Positions 47,971 to 56,720 of a stretch of DNA of 60,294 nucleotides are shown piece by piece; position 1 is the first letter of the stretch; every line of letters begins with the position of its first letter. The notes below the pieces were generated by a model, which had not been told where the DNA came from, ran no database searches, and saw only the letters and a program-made list of their open reading frames with translations. Position numbers and translations under genes: made by a program. Origin of the DNA: Candidatus Hydrothermota bacterium (GTDB lineage Bacteria; Hydrothermota; Hydrothermia; B15-G9; DRBW01); contig JAGGUL010000079.1 of assembly GCA_021158525.1 (NCBI GenBank), forward strand, positions 1-60,294, given 5' to 3'.

Positions 47971-48397
47971 CCTCAATTTCAAACCAGACCTGGAGAGAAA
48001 GAAAAAGGGATTTTTGAACTATGTTCCCAGCCTGGTGCTGTCGGTTTTACTGGTCATACTGCTGATCCTCTACTTCAAACAGAAAAGCGAGCTGAAATCG
48101 CTAAAGCAGGCAACCCCGATAATAACCGAGGAAGCTCCTGACACCGGGAGCACCGCCGAGAAGGAATTTAATCCTGCTCAGCTTATCCTGAGGGGCATCG
48201 TCGGCAAGGATTCTACTTTCCTCGTTCTCATGGAAGACCTTAACTCCTCCGGCTATATCTTACGGGAGGGAGACGTCCTCTCTGACTGGATCGTCCGCTA
48301 TCCCGGGGGCGATTCGGTCACTCTTATCTCAATAAAGGGCAACAGGAAGTACATCTTTAAATTGGGAGGAGGCATCCGTGAAGAGACTCTTCGTTAG
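47963..48397 (+). CDS. Single-TM protein with PilP/GspC-like beta domain
   Basis: N-terminal TM; LILRGIVG...GYILREGDVL. Confidence 0.5.
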   Translation: MLDLNFKPDLERKKKGFLNYVPSLVLSVLLVILLILYFKQKSELKSLKQATPIITEEAPDTGSTAEKEFNPAQLILRGIVGKDSTFLVLMEDLNSSGYILREGDVLSDWIVRYPGGDSVTLISIKGNRKYIFKLGGGIREETLR

Positions 48398-49040
48398 CTC
48401 TCTTGTCTTTCTCCTCATCTCGGGCGGCATCCTTCGCGCCGCTATCGAGGAGATCGTGGCCGAAAGGGAGGAAAACATCGTCAGGATATTTGTGAAGGGT
48501 GACTTCGATTACGAGGTGCTGAAATTACCTCCTCCTGATAAAGGGCTCGTCGTCTACATAAAAAGCCCCCTTCCTGAGAAATACAGGGGCAAAAGCTATA
48601 CCTTCGGGGGTGTTAGGATCAGGGCCGAATCTACCGACGGGGAAACGAGGATCTATATGCGTTCACCCATGGATTTCGAGCCCGATCACTACAGGGCTGG
48701 CAGCTACCTCGTCGTTTCCATGACCCTGAAAGCACCCCCAAAGGCTCCGACCCCTCCGAAACCGGAGACGACGAAGACCGCACCGAAAAAGGAGGCCCAA
48801 AAACCCCTTTCGGCGAGATCTGCCACCGCTGGTACTGCCGCCAGGCCTTCCCGTAAGAGCAGGAAAGGTCCAGGGCTCTATTCGCTCAGGATAAGGGGCG
48901 CCAAGGAGGAGCTCGTCCTTCAGGCTCTCTCCATACTTGAAGGAAGACCCCTCTTCCCCAGAAATCGGGAAAGAAGGGTCTATGCAACCGCCTTAGGGCT
49001 GACTTTTGATGACGCCCTGAACCTTATAATCGGACGGTAA
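48378..49040 (+). CDS. Exported protein resembling the PilQ N-terminus (AMIN-like, Pro/Lys linker, N0-like) without a secretin domain
   Basis: Signal peptide; DYEVLKL...LVVYI; P/K/A-rich linker; SLRIRGA...VLQALS...TFDDALNLI. Confidence 0.45.
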   Translation: MKRLFVSSLVFLLISGGILRAAIEEIVAEREENIVRIFVKGDFDYEVLKLPPPDKGLVVYIKSPLPEKYRGKSYTFGGVRIRAESTDGETRIYMRSPMDFEPDHYRAGSYLVVSMTLKAPPKAPTPPKPETTKTAPKKEAQKPLSARSATAGTAARPSRKSRKGPGLYSLRIRGAKEELVLQALSILEGRPLFPRNRERRVYATALGLTFDDALNLIIGR

Positions 49041-50442
49041 AGGCCACCAGCTTCGTCTCGGTCATAACCTCCATCGCGAACTTCAGGCCTTCTCTGAACA
49101 TACCTGACTTCTTATATCCGCCGAAGGGCATGTAGTCCACGCGGAAATCGGTGGAGTCGTTGATCATGACCCCCCCGAACCTCAGCTCTTTCGCGGCGTA
49201 ATAGGCCTTGTCGAGGTCCTGAGTAAAAATAGCGGCGTGAAGGCCGTAATCGGAATCGTTGGCTTCCCTGACCGCTTCCTCGAGATCGCTGAACGGGAAA
49301 ACGACCACGACGGGACCGAAGACCTCGCCCTTCACGACCTTTGCTTCCTTGGGGACGTTCTCCAGTATGGTCGGCCAGATGAAATTGCCCTCTCTCTTTC
49401 CCCCGGTAACGAGCTTCCCTCCCATCTCCACTGCTTCCTTTATCCAGCTCTCGACCCTGTCGGCTTCGCTCGAGGTTATCATGGGACCCATGTCGGTCTT
49501 CTCGTCCATCTTGTCACCGACCTTATAGGCCTCGGTCTGCTTCACAAATTCTGACATGAACTTATCGTAGATCTTCCTGTGCACGTAGAGCCTCTGAACG
49601 CCTATGCAGTTTTGCCCTGCCGCCCAGAAAGACCCCGACACGATAGAGGGCACCGCCAGCTCCAGGTCGGCATCGTCCATGACGATGACCGCCGAGGAGG
49701 AACCGAGCTCCATCATTATCTTCTTGAGCCCCGCCTTACGGGTGATCTCCTCTCCGGCCTCCACCCCGCCCGTGAAGGTGATCACGCGAGGACGGGAATC
49801 AGTTACGAGTGCATCGCCGATGTCGCCTGATTTTCCAGTTATTATGGAAAGCGCCTCCTCGGGAATCCCTGCCTCGAGAAGAAGCTCTCCGACCTTGAGG
49901 GCAGAAAGAGGCGTCAGGTATGTGGGCTTCAGAACCACGGCATTCCCCGCTGCGATAGCCGGGCCGACCTTATGTGCCACCATGTTGAGTGGATCGTTGT
50001 AAGGTGTGATGGCCAGAACTATGCCGACAGGCTCCTTGATCCAGTAGCCCATCCTCCTGTCTCGTCTGAAATCGGCGTCAAACCTGACTATCTCGCCGCC
50101 GAGCCTTTTCGCTTCTTCGGCAGCGTAGGTCAGGGTGTTCACGGCCCTCGCCGCCTCTTTTCTCGCCTCGTTGATGGTCTTAACGCCTTCCCTCGCGATA
50201 AGGCGGGAATACTCCTCAAGGCGATCGGACAGCAATTGCGCCGTCTTCAAGAGGATCTCATAACGGTCATAAGTTGCGAGCTTCCGCATCTTCTCGGCGC
50301 CCTTTTCGGCTATGTCAAAAGCAAGCTTCACGTCCTCGGGTTTTCCCCTGGGGACCGTATCGATCACGCTGTCATCCTGGGGATCAAGAACCTCAATTAC
50401 CTCGTCCTTTTCAACCCACTTTCCTCCGATCAGCATTTTCAT
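49024..50442 (-). CDS. NAD(P)-dependent aldehyde dehydrogenase
   Basis: ITPYNDP, FTGG, MELGS, AGQNC, EVFGPV, PFGGYKKSG. Confidence 0.93.
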   Translation of the reverse strand: MKMLIGGKWVEKDEVIEVLDPQDDSVIDTVPRGKPEDVKLAFDIAEKGAEKMRKLATYDRYEILLKTAQLLSDRLEEYSRLIAREGVKTINEARKEAARAVNTLTYAAEEAKRLGGEIVRFDADFRRDRRMGYWIKEPVGIVLAITPYNDPLNMVAHKVGPAIAAGNAVVLKPTYLTPLSALKVGELLLEAGIPEEALSIITGKSGDIGDALVTDSRPRVITFTGGVEAGEEITRKAGLKKIMMELGSSSAVIVMDDADLELAVPSIVSGSFWAAGQNCIGVQRLYVHRKIYDKFMSEFVKQTEAYKVGDKMDEKTDMGPMITSSEADRVESWIKEAVEMGGKLVTGGKREGNFIWPTILENVPKEAKVVKGEVFGPVVVVFPFSDLEEAVREANDSDYGLHAAIFTQDLDKAYYAAKELRFGGVMINDSTDFRVDYMPFGGYKKSGMFREGLKFAMEVMTETKLVAFTVRL

Positions 50443-50447
50443 CCTCT

Positions 50448-51482
50448 CTACCTCCCCTTTAGTTTCCTGTGAATGTCAAGCATATCGGTCAAAAGGGCGT
50501 AGCCGGCCTCTTTGCTGCCGGCACCTCTGCCCACCACGGTGACATCACCTATGATGTCCGTTGAAAAAACAACTGCATTCAACACGCCCTGAACGTGATA
50601 AAGGAAATCATCGGGATCTACTTCCATGGGGGCAACTTCGGCCTTCACCTTTCCACCTTCTCTCCAGGCCCTGCCCACAAGTTTCCACTTTTTGCCAGCC
50701 TTCCTGGCATTCTCCACATCCTCAATGGTGAGCCCGGTGATGCCGGTCCTGGGCACATCGTCCCTGCTGATATCGCCGCCCATAACAACGTTGGCCATGA
50801 TAATTATCTTGGCCATGGCATCCCAGCCCTCCACATCGGCATCGGGCTTCGCCTCAGCGTATCCGAGCCTCTGGGCTTCCTTTAGAGCTTCTTCGTAGGA
50901 TTTGCCCTTTTCCATCTCCGTGAGGATAAAGTTCGTCGTTCCGTTCAGTATGCCCCTTATCTCGCTGAACTCACAGCCAGCAAGATCTTTAAGGGCCATA
51001 TTGATGACCGGAGTTCCGGAAAGCACTGTTCCTTCGAATCTGAGTTCCGCATTGTTCTGAACGGCGAGTTCCGATAGCTCGCGGTAGTACAGTGCTATCG
51101 GCCCTTTGTTTGTGGTTGCGACGTGCTTGCCCCTTTTCAGGGCTTCTTTGATGTGGGAGTATCCCGGATCGCCGGTTTCCATGTTCGTGGGGGTTATCTC
51201 GAGAAGGATGTCATAATCGGTCTCTCTGATCATGGCAAGGGAATCCGGCAGCACCTTGCCAAGGGGATCGAGCTTTTCCTTTTTGCTAACCAGGTCCAGT
51301 GCTTTTCCCAGATCTATCCCGCCTGGATCGTATACGGTGCCCCAGATCAGATCTGAAATCCCGACAACATCGAAGTCGAAATCGTAACGGGACTTCAGGA
51401 ATTCCCTTTTGTCATGGAGGATCGATCCTATCCCCCTTCCGACGACTCCAAAGCCTACAATAGCTATTCTGTACTTCGTCAT
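50448..51482 (-). CDS. hom: Homoserine dehydrogenase (short type, no ACT domain)
   Basis: GFGVVG, TTNKGP, FEGTV, GILNGTTNFIL, GYAEA, DVEGWD, GRGAG. Confidence 0.92.
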   Translation of the reverse strand: MTKYRIAIVGFGVVGRGIGSILHDKREFLKSRYDFDFDVVGISDLIWGTVYDPGGIDLGKALDLVSKKEKLDPLGKVLPDSLAMIRETDYDILLEITPTNMETGDPGYSHIKEALKRGKHVATTNKGPIALYYRELSELAVQNNAELRFEGTVLSGTPVINMALKDLAGCEFSEIRGILNGTTNFILTEMEKGKSYEEALKEAQRLGYAEAKPDADVEGWDAMAKIIIMANVVMGGDISRDDVPRTGITGLTIEDVENARKAGKKWKLVGRAWREGGKVKAEVAPMEVDPDDFLYHVQGVLNAVVFSTDIIGDVTVVGRGAGSKEAGYALLTDMLDIHRKLKGR

Positions 51483-51499
51483 CGCTTTGACCTCCCTTT

Positions 51500-51540
51500 A
51501 AAAAAATAAGGGGGTGGCATCGCGCAGCGATGCCACCCCC
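51500..51540 (-). terminator. Intrinsic terminator after the porin gene
   Basis: 14-bp stem GGGGGTGGCATCGC/GCGATGCCACCCCC (51510-51540) followed on the minus strand by TTATTTTTTT. Confidence 0.85.
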
Positions 51541-51566
51541 AATGCCTTTGGCTGGTATTTCCTACC

Positions 51567-52865
51567 TTAGAATCCCTTGGCGAAGAATACGCTCCCGCCG
51601 AGCATGGCGCTGGCATTATCGTCGCCGACGAATTCTTTCTGCACGTCGCCGGGCATCCAGTAACCAACGGTGAAGCCGACAGTGAGGGCATCCCTGTAGT
51701 TGTAGCTGGCAAGGAGCCCTATTTCGTTGCCGAGTGCGCTCTTCTCGTTCTCTCCGACCTTATTCCTGGCATACATGAAGAAGTCACCCCTCAGGCTCAG
51801 AGCTCCTGCATTGATGCCGAGATGGGCATTGATCACGTTGAGGTTGATCATCATAGGATCCCAATCAGCGACGCAGGCAAAACCGTAAGGAGTAGCCATT
51901 GTGTGGGCAGGACCGAAGCCGGGCCAGCTCTTGTAGAATCCGAAGGCATAGGGAGCGTCGGTGGCGGCCACATAAACCTTGTTGTCGGTATCAGTGGGAT
52001 CGTCATCGCCGGAGAACATCACATAGGCGCCTCCGAAACTCACGGGCAAGCTGGCAGGCGCGTAGTCGAGGCCGACCATGGCATGCATTCCCTTGTAATT
52101 CATATCCGTCGCTTCTTCTGTGGTGTAGTCTTTTTTGCCTCCCATCATCGTTACTTCAGCCTTGAAATTGAGGCCCTCAACCGGAGCACCCTCGGTCCTG
52201 GCACCAAACCACATGGGCTTATCCTCGGCTTCGCTGTTGTTTTGCATCCTCATGAAAAGGTATCCCTGGAGGTTCATCTTGCCTTCCATGAGGCCGAGAG
52301 TGAGGTAAGTTCCCATGAGATTGAGGTCACCGGGAATGGAATCGGCCCCGGTAGCCACAAGTTCAATACCTCCAGACTCCGCAAGCCTGTAGTAGAAGAA
52401 GTCCCAGCTTATGGGATCGAAGGCAAGATTCACCTTCGTGCCCAGGAACCCATCTTCGCCACCGTCGAACATCACAGCGCCGTCGCCGTAAAGGACGTTC
52501 TGCTTTCCGACCTTAACCGAAATGGGATAATCGAAAAGATTGTCAATCTTGAGATAGGCCTCGAGGAGCCCCACGCGAGGATCCATGTTTCCGTCGATGT
52601 CGGTTCCCCACACAGGGTGCATGCCATATTCGCCCCATGCTCCGACCTTCACGAAGGCCGACACCCCTTCTCCGAAATCGGCAAGTGCATGGATGTCCCC
52701 GTGCATATAAGTGTAGTTGTCGCCGTCGGCTATATTCTTGTTGAAGTCAGCGTTCTGCCAGAAGAAGGTGTAAGAGTAGAACAATCCTCCCCATTCCACC
52801 TCTGGCTGGGCCTGAAGGAGCGCGGCCAAGCCCAACACCAACACTACCGCCATCATTTTCTTCAT
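51567..52865 (-). CDS. Outer-membrane beta-barrel (alginate-export/porin-like)
   Basis: Signal peptide; EAYLKI...VKVGKQ...YGDG; amphipathic strands; C-terminal Phe; SD AAGGAGG. Confidence 0.75.
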   Translation of the reverse strand: MKKMMAVVLVLGLAALLQAQPEVEWGGLFYSYTFFWQNADFNKNIADGDNYTYMHGDIHALADFGEGVSAFVKVGAWGEYGMHPVWGTDIDGNMDPRVGLLEAYLKIDNLFDYPISVKVGKQNVLYGDGAVMFDGGEDGFLGTKVNLAFDPISWDFFYYRLAESGGIELVATGADSIPGDLNLMGTYLTLGLMEGKMNLQGYLFMRMQNNSEAEDKPMWFGARTEGAPVEGLNFKAEVTMMGGKKDYTTEEATDMNYKGMHAMVGLDYAPASLPVSFGGAYVMFSGDDDPTDTDNKVYVAATDAPYAFGFYKSWPGFGPAHTMATPYGFACVADWDPMMINLNVINAHLGINAGALSLRGDFFMYARNKVGENEKSALGNEIGLLASYNYRDALTVGFTVGYWMPGDVQKEFVGDDNASAMLGGSVFFAKGF

Positions 52866-53052
52866 ATCTCATCCTCCTTTTTGTTTTCCAATTTATTCGC
52901 ACGGCGTTGAGCCGCTCGATCCCTCCCGCATCCAAAACGCGCCTTTCCCAACTCCATGTCCTGCACGCTGAGGAAGAAAACGCAAAATATATCTAGCCCC
53001 CGACATGTCATTCTCTCGCTCTTTTTCAAAGCCCCACTTGGCAATCTTCAAA

Positions 53053-53082
53053 ATTTTAAGAGCCTCTTTCAGCTTTTGTCAA
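53053..53082 (-). promoter_or_regulatory. Sigma70-type promoter with ~180-nt leader to the porin
   Basis: TTGACA-18-TAAAAT. Confidence 0.55.
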
Positions 53083-53258
53083 CACCCTGAAAGGGCTTTA
53101 ACGTCCTGAAGTAAAGGGCTACCGAAAAGCGAGTCCGCCATAACGCTTTGATTTTCAAGAACTTATTTCCCCCAACCCTTGTAAATGTAATTTTAACGGC
53201 TAATAAATTCAATAGCGGCCAGATTTCACTGATTCAGCAGAGGGGCGGAAATAATACG

Positions 53259-53287
53259 TTGACAAAGGGCAAACTTCCAGCGATAAT
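53259..53287 (+). promoter_or_regulatory. Promoter of tRNA-Leu-glmS-yicC-gmk
   Basis: TTGACA-17-GATAAT, 12 nt before the tRNA. Confidence 0.6.
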
Positions 53288-53299
53288 ATTCACATAAAC

Positions 53300-53383
53300 G
53301 CCGGAGTGGCGGAACTGGCAGACGCGGCGGATTCAAAATCCGCTGGGGGTTTCCCTGTGTGGGTTCGAGTCCCTCCTCCGGCA
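53300..53383 (+). tRNA. tRNA-Leu(CAA), CCA not encoded
   Basis: Acceptor GCCGGAG/CTCCGGC; anticodon arm GCGGA-TTCAAAA-TCCGC; long variable arm; GGTTCGAGTCC. Confidence 0.95.
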
Positions 53384-53396
53384 TAGGAGAGCGAAG

Positions 53397-55220
53397 ATGT
53401 GTGGAATTGTCGGTTATCTTGGCGATAAAGATGTGGATTCCGTTATCCTTGTGGGCCTCGAGAAGCTGGAATACAGGGGTTATGATTCAGCGGGAATCTC
53501 GGCTATCCATCGGGGGAAACTCATCACTCGAAAAAAGATGGGTAAACTGCGGGATCTCTATTCCCTGATGGATGGCAAACCCATAAAAGGCAATCTCGGC
53601 ATAGGACACACGAGATGGGCAACTCACGGGAAACCGAGCGATAACAACGCTCACCCCCACACAGATTGCAAGGACGAAATAGCAGTCGCTCACAATGGCA
53701 TAATCGAGAATTTTCAGGAACTTCGCAAAGAGCTTATAGAAAAAGGACACAAATTTTCCTCGGAAACTGACAGCGAAGTCATTCCCCATCTTATCGAGGA
53801 ATACTACGAGGGCTCACTTCTCGAAGCAGTTCTGAAAGCAATTAAAAGGCTCAAGGGCTCCTTTGCCCTCGCCATCATATCCTCAAAAGAACCAGACAAA
53901 TTAATCGGGGTCAGGAAAGACAGCCCGCTCATCCTGGGCATCGGCGATGGGGAGATGTTGCTGGCCTCCGATATACCTGCATTGCTTTCCCATACGAAGA
54001 GAATCGTCACGCTGGAAAACGGGGAGATAGCCGTCCTCACTAAAAACAGCTGGGAAATTTACGACTTTGACGGGAACAAAATCGAGAAAAAGCCCAAAGT
54101 AGTCGAGTGGGACGCTGGAATGATCGAGAAGGGCGGTTATCCCCATTTCATGCTGAAGGAGATCCACGAACAGCCCAAAGTAATCGAGGCCAATCTCTCG
54201 AAATATCTGAGGGCAAATGAATTTCTTCTTCTGAAGGACACGAACCTGAGAAGACTCCTCCTCAATAAGGGGCATATCATCATTCAGGCTGCGGGGACAT
54301 CGCTTCACGCCGGCATGGTCGGCAAATATCTCCTGGAGAGACTCGCAAAGGTCAGGACTGAGACCGATTACTCCTCTGAATTTCGCTATAGAGAACCCGT
54401 TATGGACAGCGACACCCTGGTTATAGCAATCAGCCAATCGGGGGAGACTGCCGATACCCTCGCTGGCCTCCGACTCGCCAAACAGGCCGGCCTTGACGTC
54501 CTTTCGATTGTCAATGTCGTCGACAGCTCCATAGCGAGGGAGTCGGACTACGTGATATACATAAACGCCGGACCTGAAATAGGTGTGGCTTCAACGAAAG
54601 CGTACACAGCGCAGCTTTTGATACTGATACTCCTGTCGCTGGAGCTGGCCTCACTCAAAGGTTATCTGCCCGAGGACGAGGAAGAAAACATCATCAACGA
54701 GCTCAGATTTCTCCCGAGCAGGATGCGGCAGGTGCTGAAGGACGAAAGAATGATCATAGATATCGCCGAAAACTATTTCACTTCGAACAATTTTATGTTC
54801 CTCGGGAGGGGAATAAATTATCCCACTGCCCTTGAGGGCGCACTCAAGCTAAAAGAGATCTCCTATATACACGCCACGGGATATGCTGCCGGCGAGATGA
54901 AACACGGTCCGATTGCACTGGTGGACAAAGACCTTCCCGTGGTAATAGTCAACCCCAGAACCTCGGTCTACGAGAAGACTCTCAGCAACATGATGGAGGT
55001 TAAAGCCCGCGGAGGAAGGCTCATCTCTCTTATCACCGAAGGCGACAAGGAGATGCTCGAGTTCTCCGACAAGGTGATCACGATTCCACAGGTCCACGAA
55101 ATCCTCACCCCCATATTATCGGTCATCCCCTTGCAGCTTCTCGCCTATCACATAGCCGTCCTCAGGGGCTGCGATGTCGATAAACCTCGTAATCTCGCAA
55201 AAAGCGTAACGGTGGAGTAA
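53397..55220 (+). CDS. glmS: Glutamine-fructose-6-phosphate aminotransferase
   Basis: MCGIVG, LEYRGYDSAG, GHTRWATHG, SQSGET, PRNLAKSVTVE. Confidence 0.98.
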   Translation: MCGIVGYLGDKDVDSVILVGLEKLEYRGYDSAGISAIHRGKLITRKKMGKLRDLYSLMDGKPIKGNLGIGHTRWATHGKPSDNNAHPHTDCKDEIAVAHNGIIENFQELRKELIEKGHKFSSETDSEVIPHLIEEYYEGSLLEAVLKAIKRLKGSFALAIISSKEPDKLIGVRKDSPLILGIGDGEMLLASDIPALLSHTKRIVTLENGEIAVLTKNSWEIYDFDGNKIEKKPKVVEWDAGMIEKGGYPHFMLKEIHEQPKVIEANLSKYLRANEFLLLKDTNLRRLLLNKGHIIIQAAGTSLHAGMVGKYLLERLAKVRTETDYSSEFRYREPVMDSDTLVIAISQSGETADTLAGLRLAKQAGLDVLSIVNVVDSSIARESDYVIYINAGPEIGVASTKAYTAQLLILILLSLELASLKGYLPEDEEENIINELRFLPSRMRQVLKDERMIIDIAENYFTSNNFMFLGRGINYPTALEGALKLKEISYIHATGYAAGEMKHGPIALVDKDLPVVIVNPRTSVYEKTLSNMMEVKARGGRLISLITEGDKEMLEFSDKVITIPQVHEILTPILSVIPLQLLAYHIAVLRGCDVDKPRNLAKSVTVE

Positions 55221-55227
55221 GGAAAAG

Positions 55228-56106
55228 ATGCTCCTCAGCATGACCGGCTTCGGGAAATCTCAGGGGTCTCTTGGATCTTCTAGAGTAGACGTTGAGATAA
55301 ATTCCCTTAATAGTCGCTTTCTTGACCTTTTTTTCTCCCTGCCAGAGCCCCTCGAACCCTTTGAAATCCGAATAAGGGAGAAGATCCGGAACAGGATAAA
55401 AAGGGGCAGGGTTCGTGTCAGGATATGGATGGAGAGCCTACCCTTCAGGGAAGATGATATAAGGCTTAACCTGCCTCTTCTCAAGAAACTCGTCAGCGAA
55501 CTGGAAAAAGTGGAATCCGCGAAAGTAAGCCTTCACATCGATCTCGCTCAGCTCCTCAGAACGCCCGGCATCTTCGAGGGCTTCATGGCCTATACCTTTG
55601 ATGAATCCGCCTGGGATCAGCTCGAACCCATCATCGACAAGGCCATCGAGGAACTGCTGAAATCGCAGAAAAAAGAGGGTAAAAAACTGGAGAAAGAGAT
55701 AACGTCGAGGCTCAGCAATATCGAATCTCTCGTCGGTAAAATCGAAAAATTGAAGGACGTAGAGATCGAGAAACAGAAGGAAAAAGCCAAAGAGATCCTT
55801 GTGGAAACAGTGGAAAGCGATCCCGAGACCGATCAGAGGATATCACAGGAACTGGCCTACTGGGCCATGAAACTCGACGTCGCCGAGGAAATCGCCAGGA
55901 TACGGGCGCACCTTCAGCAGTTCTGGGAGATTGTAAAGTCAAGGGAGACCCTGAAGGGTAGAAAGCTCGAGTTTCTCTGCCAGGAACTCCACAGGGAGGC
56001 TACAACTCTCTCTCAAAAAAGCTTTTCTCCCGAAGTGGTCTCTCTCACAATTGAAATGCGGGAAGAGATAGAGAGAATCCGTGAACAGGTGAGGAACGTC
56101 GTATGA
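55228..56106 (+). CDS. yicC: YicC/YloC-family endoribonuclease
   Basis: SMTGFG, SLNSRFLD, DVAEEIAR, GRKLEF, REQVRNV. Confidence 0.92.
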   Translation: MLLSMTGFGKSQGSLGSSRVDVEINSLNSRFLDLFFSLPEPLEPFEIRIREKIRNRIKRGRVRVRIWMESLPFREDDIRLNLPLLKKLVSELEKVESAKVSLHIDLAQLLRTPGIFEGFMAYTFDESAWDQLEPIIDKAIEELLKSQKKEGKKLEKEITSRLSNIESLVGKIEKLKDVEIEKQKEKAKEILVETVESDPETDQRISQELAYWAMKLDVAEEIARIRAHLQQFWEIVKSRETLKGRKLEFLCQELHREATTLSQKSFSPEVVSLTIEMREEIERIREQVRNVV

Positions 56107-56720
56107 ATCACGAGCCCTTCCTGATCGTGGTCTCAGCCCCCTCAGGAACCGGCAAGACCACCGTGCTGAGGAAATTCATGGAGATATGCGACGGCCTTTT
56201 TTATTCTGTCTCGGCCACAACCCGAAAGATGAGGCCCGACGAGGTTAACGGCCGCGACTACATTTTTCTCGATAGGGAAGTTTTCGAATACTGGATAAAG
56301 GAGGGCAAGCTGCTCGAGTGGGCCGAAGTATACGGAGAGTACTACGGCACGCCCAGAGATCCGGTCACTGAAAACATGGAACTGGGCAGGGACGTCATAA
56401 TGGACCTCGATGTGGAGGGCAAGAGAAGGCTGGAAGCGCAGTTTCCCGATCGCCTGGTCTCCGTATTTCTTTATCCTCCTGACAGGGAGACGTTACGAAA
56501 ACGACTCCTGTCGAGGGGAGCCGAGGACGAGGAAAAGCTGAAAATCCGCCTGAGCAAAGCGGAGGAGGAGCTCCGCTGGGCATTTGAATACGAGTACTGG
56601 GTCGTTAACGAAGACATAGAAAAGGCCGCTTTAAGGCTGAAAAGCATCACCGAGGCCGAGAGGATGAAACGTAAGAGAGCCAGAAATATCTGGCTCCTCG
56701 ACCTCATTCGGGACGATTGA
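56103..56720 (+). CDS. gmk: Guanylate kinase
   Basis: SAPSGTGKTT, SATTR, GRDY, LEWAEVYGEYYGTP. Confidence 0.95.
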   Translation: MNHEPFLIVVSAPSGTGKTTVLRKFMEICDGLFYSVSATTRKMRPDEVNGRDYIFLDREVFEYWIKEGKLLEWAEVYGEYYGTPRDPVTENMELGRDVIMDLDVEGKRRLEAQFPDRLVSVFLYPPDRETLRKRLLSRGAEDEEKLKIRLSKAEEELRWAFEYEYWVVNEDIEKAALRLKSITEAERMKRKRARNIWLLDLIRDD

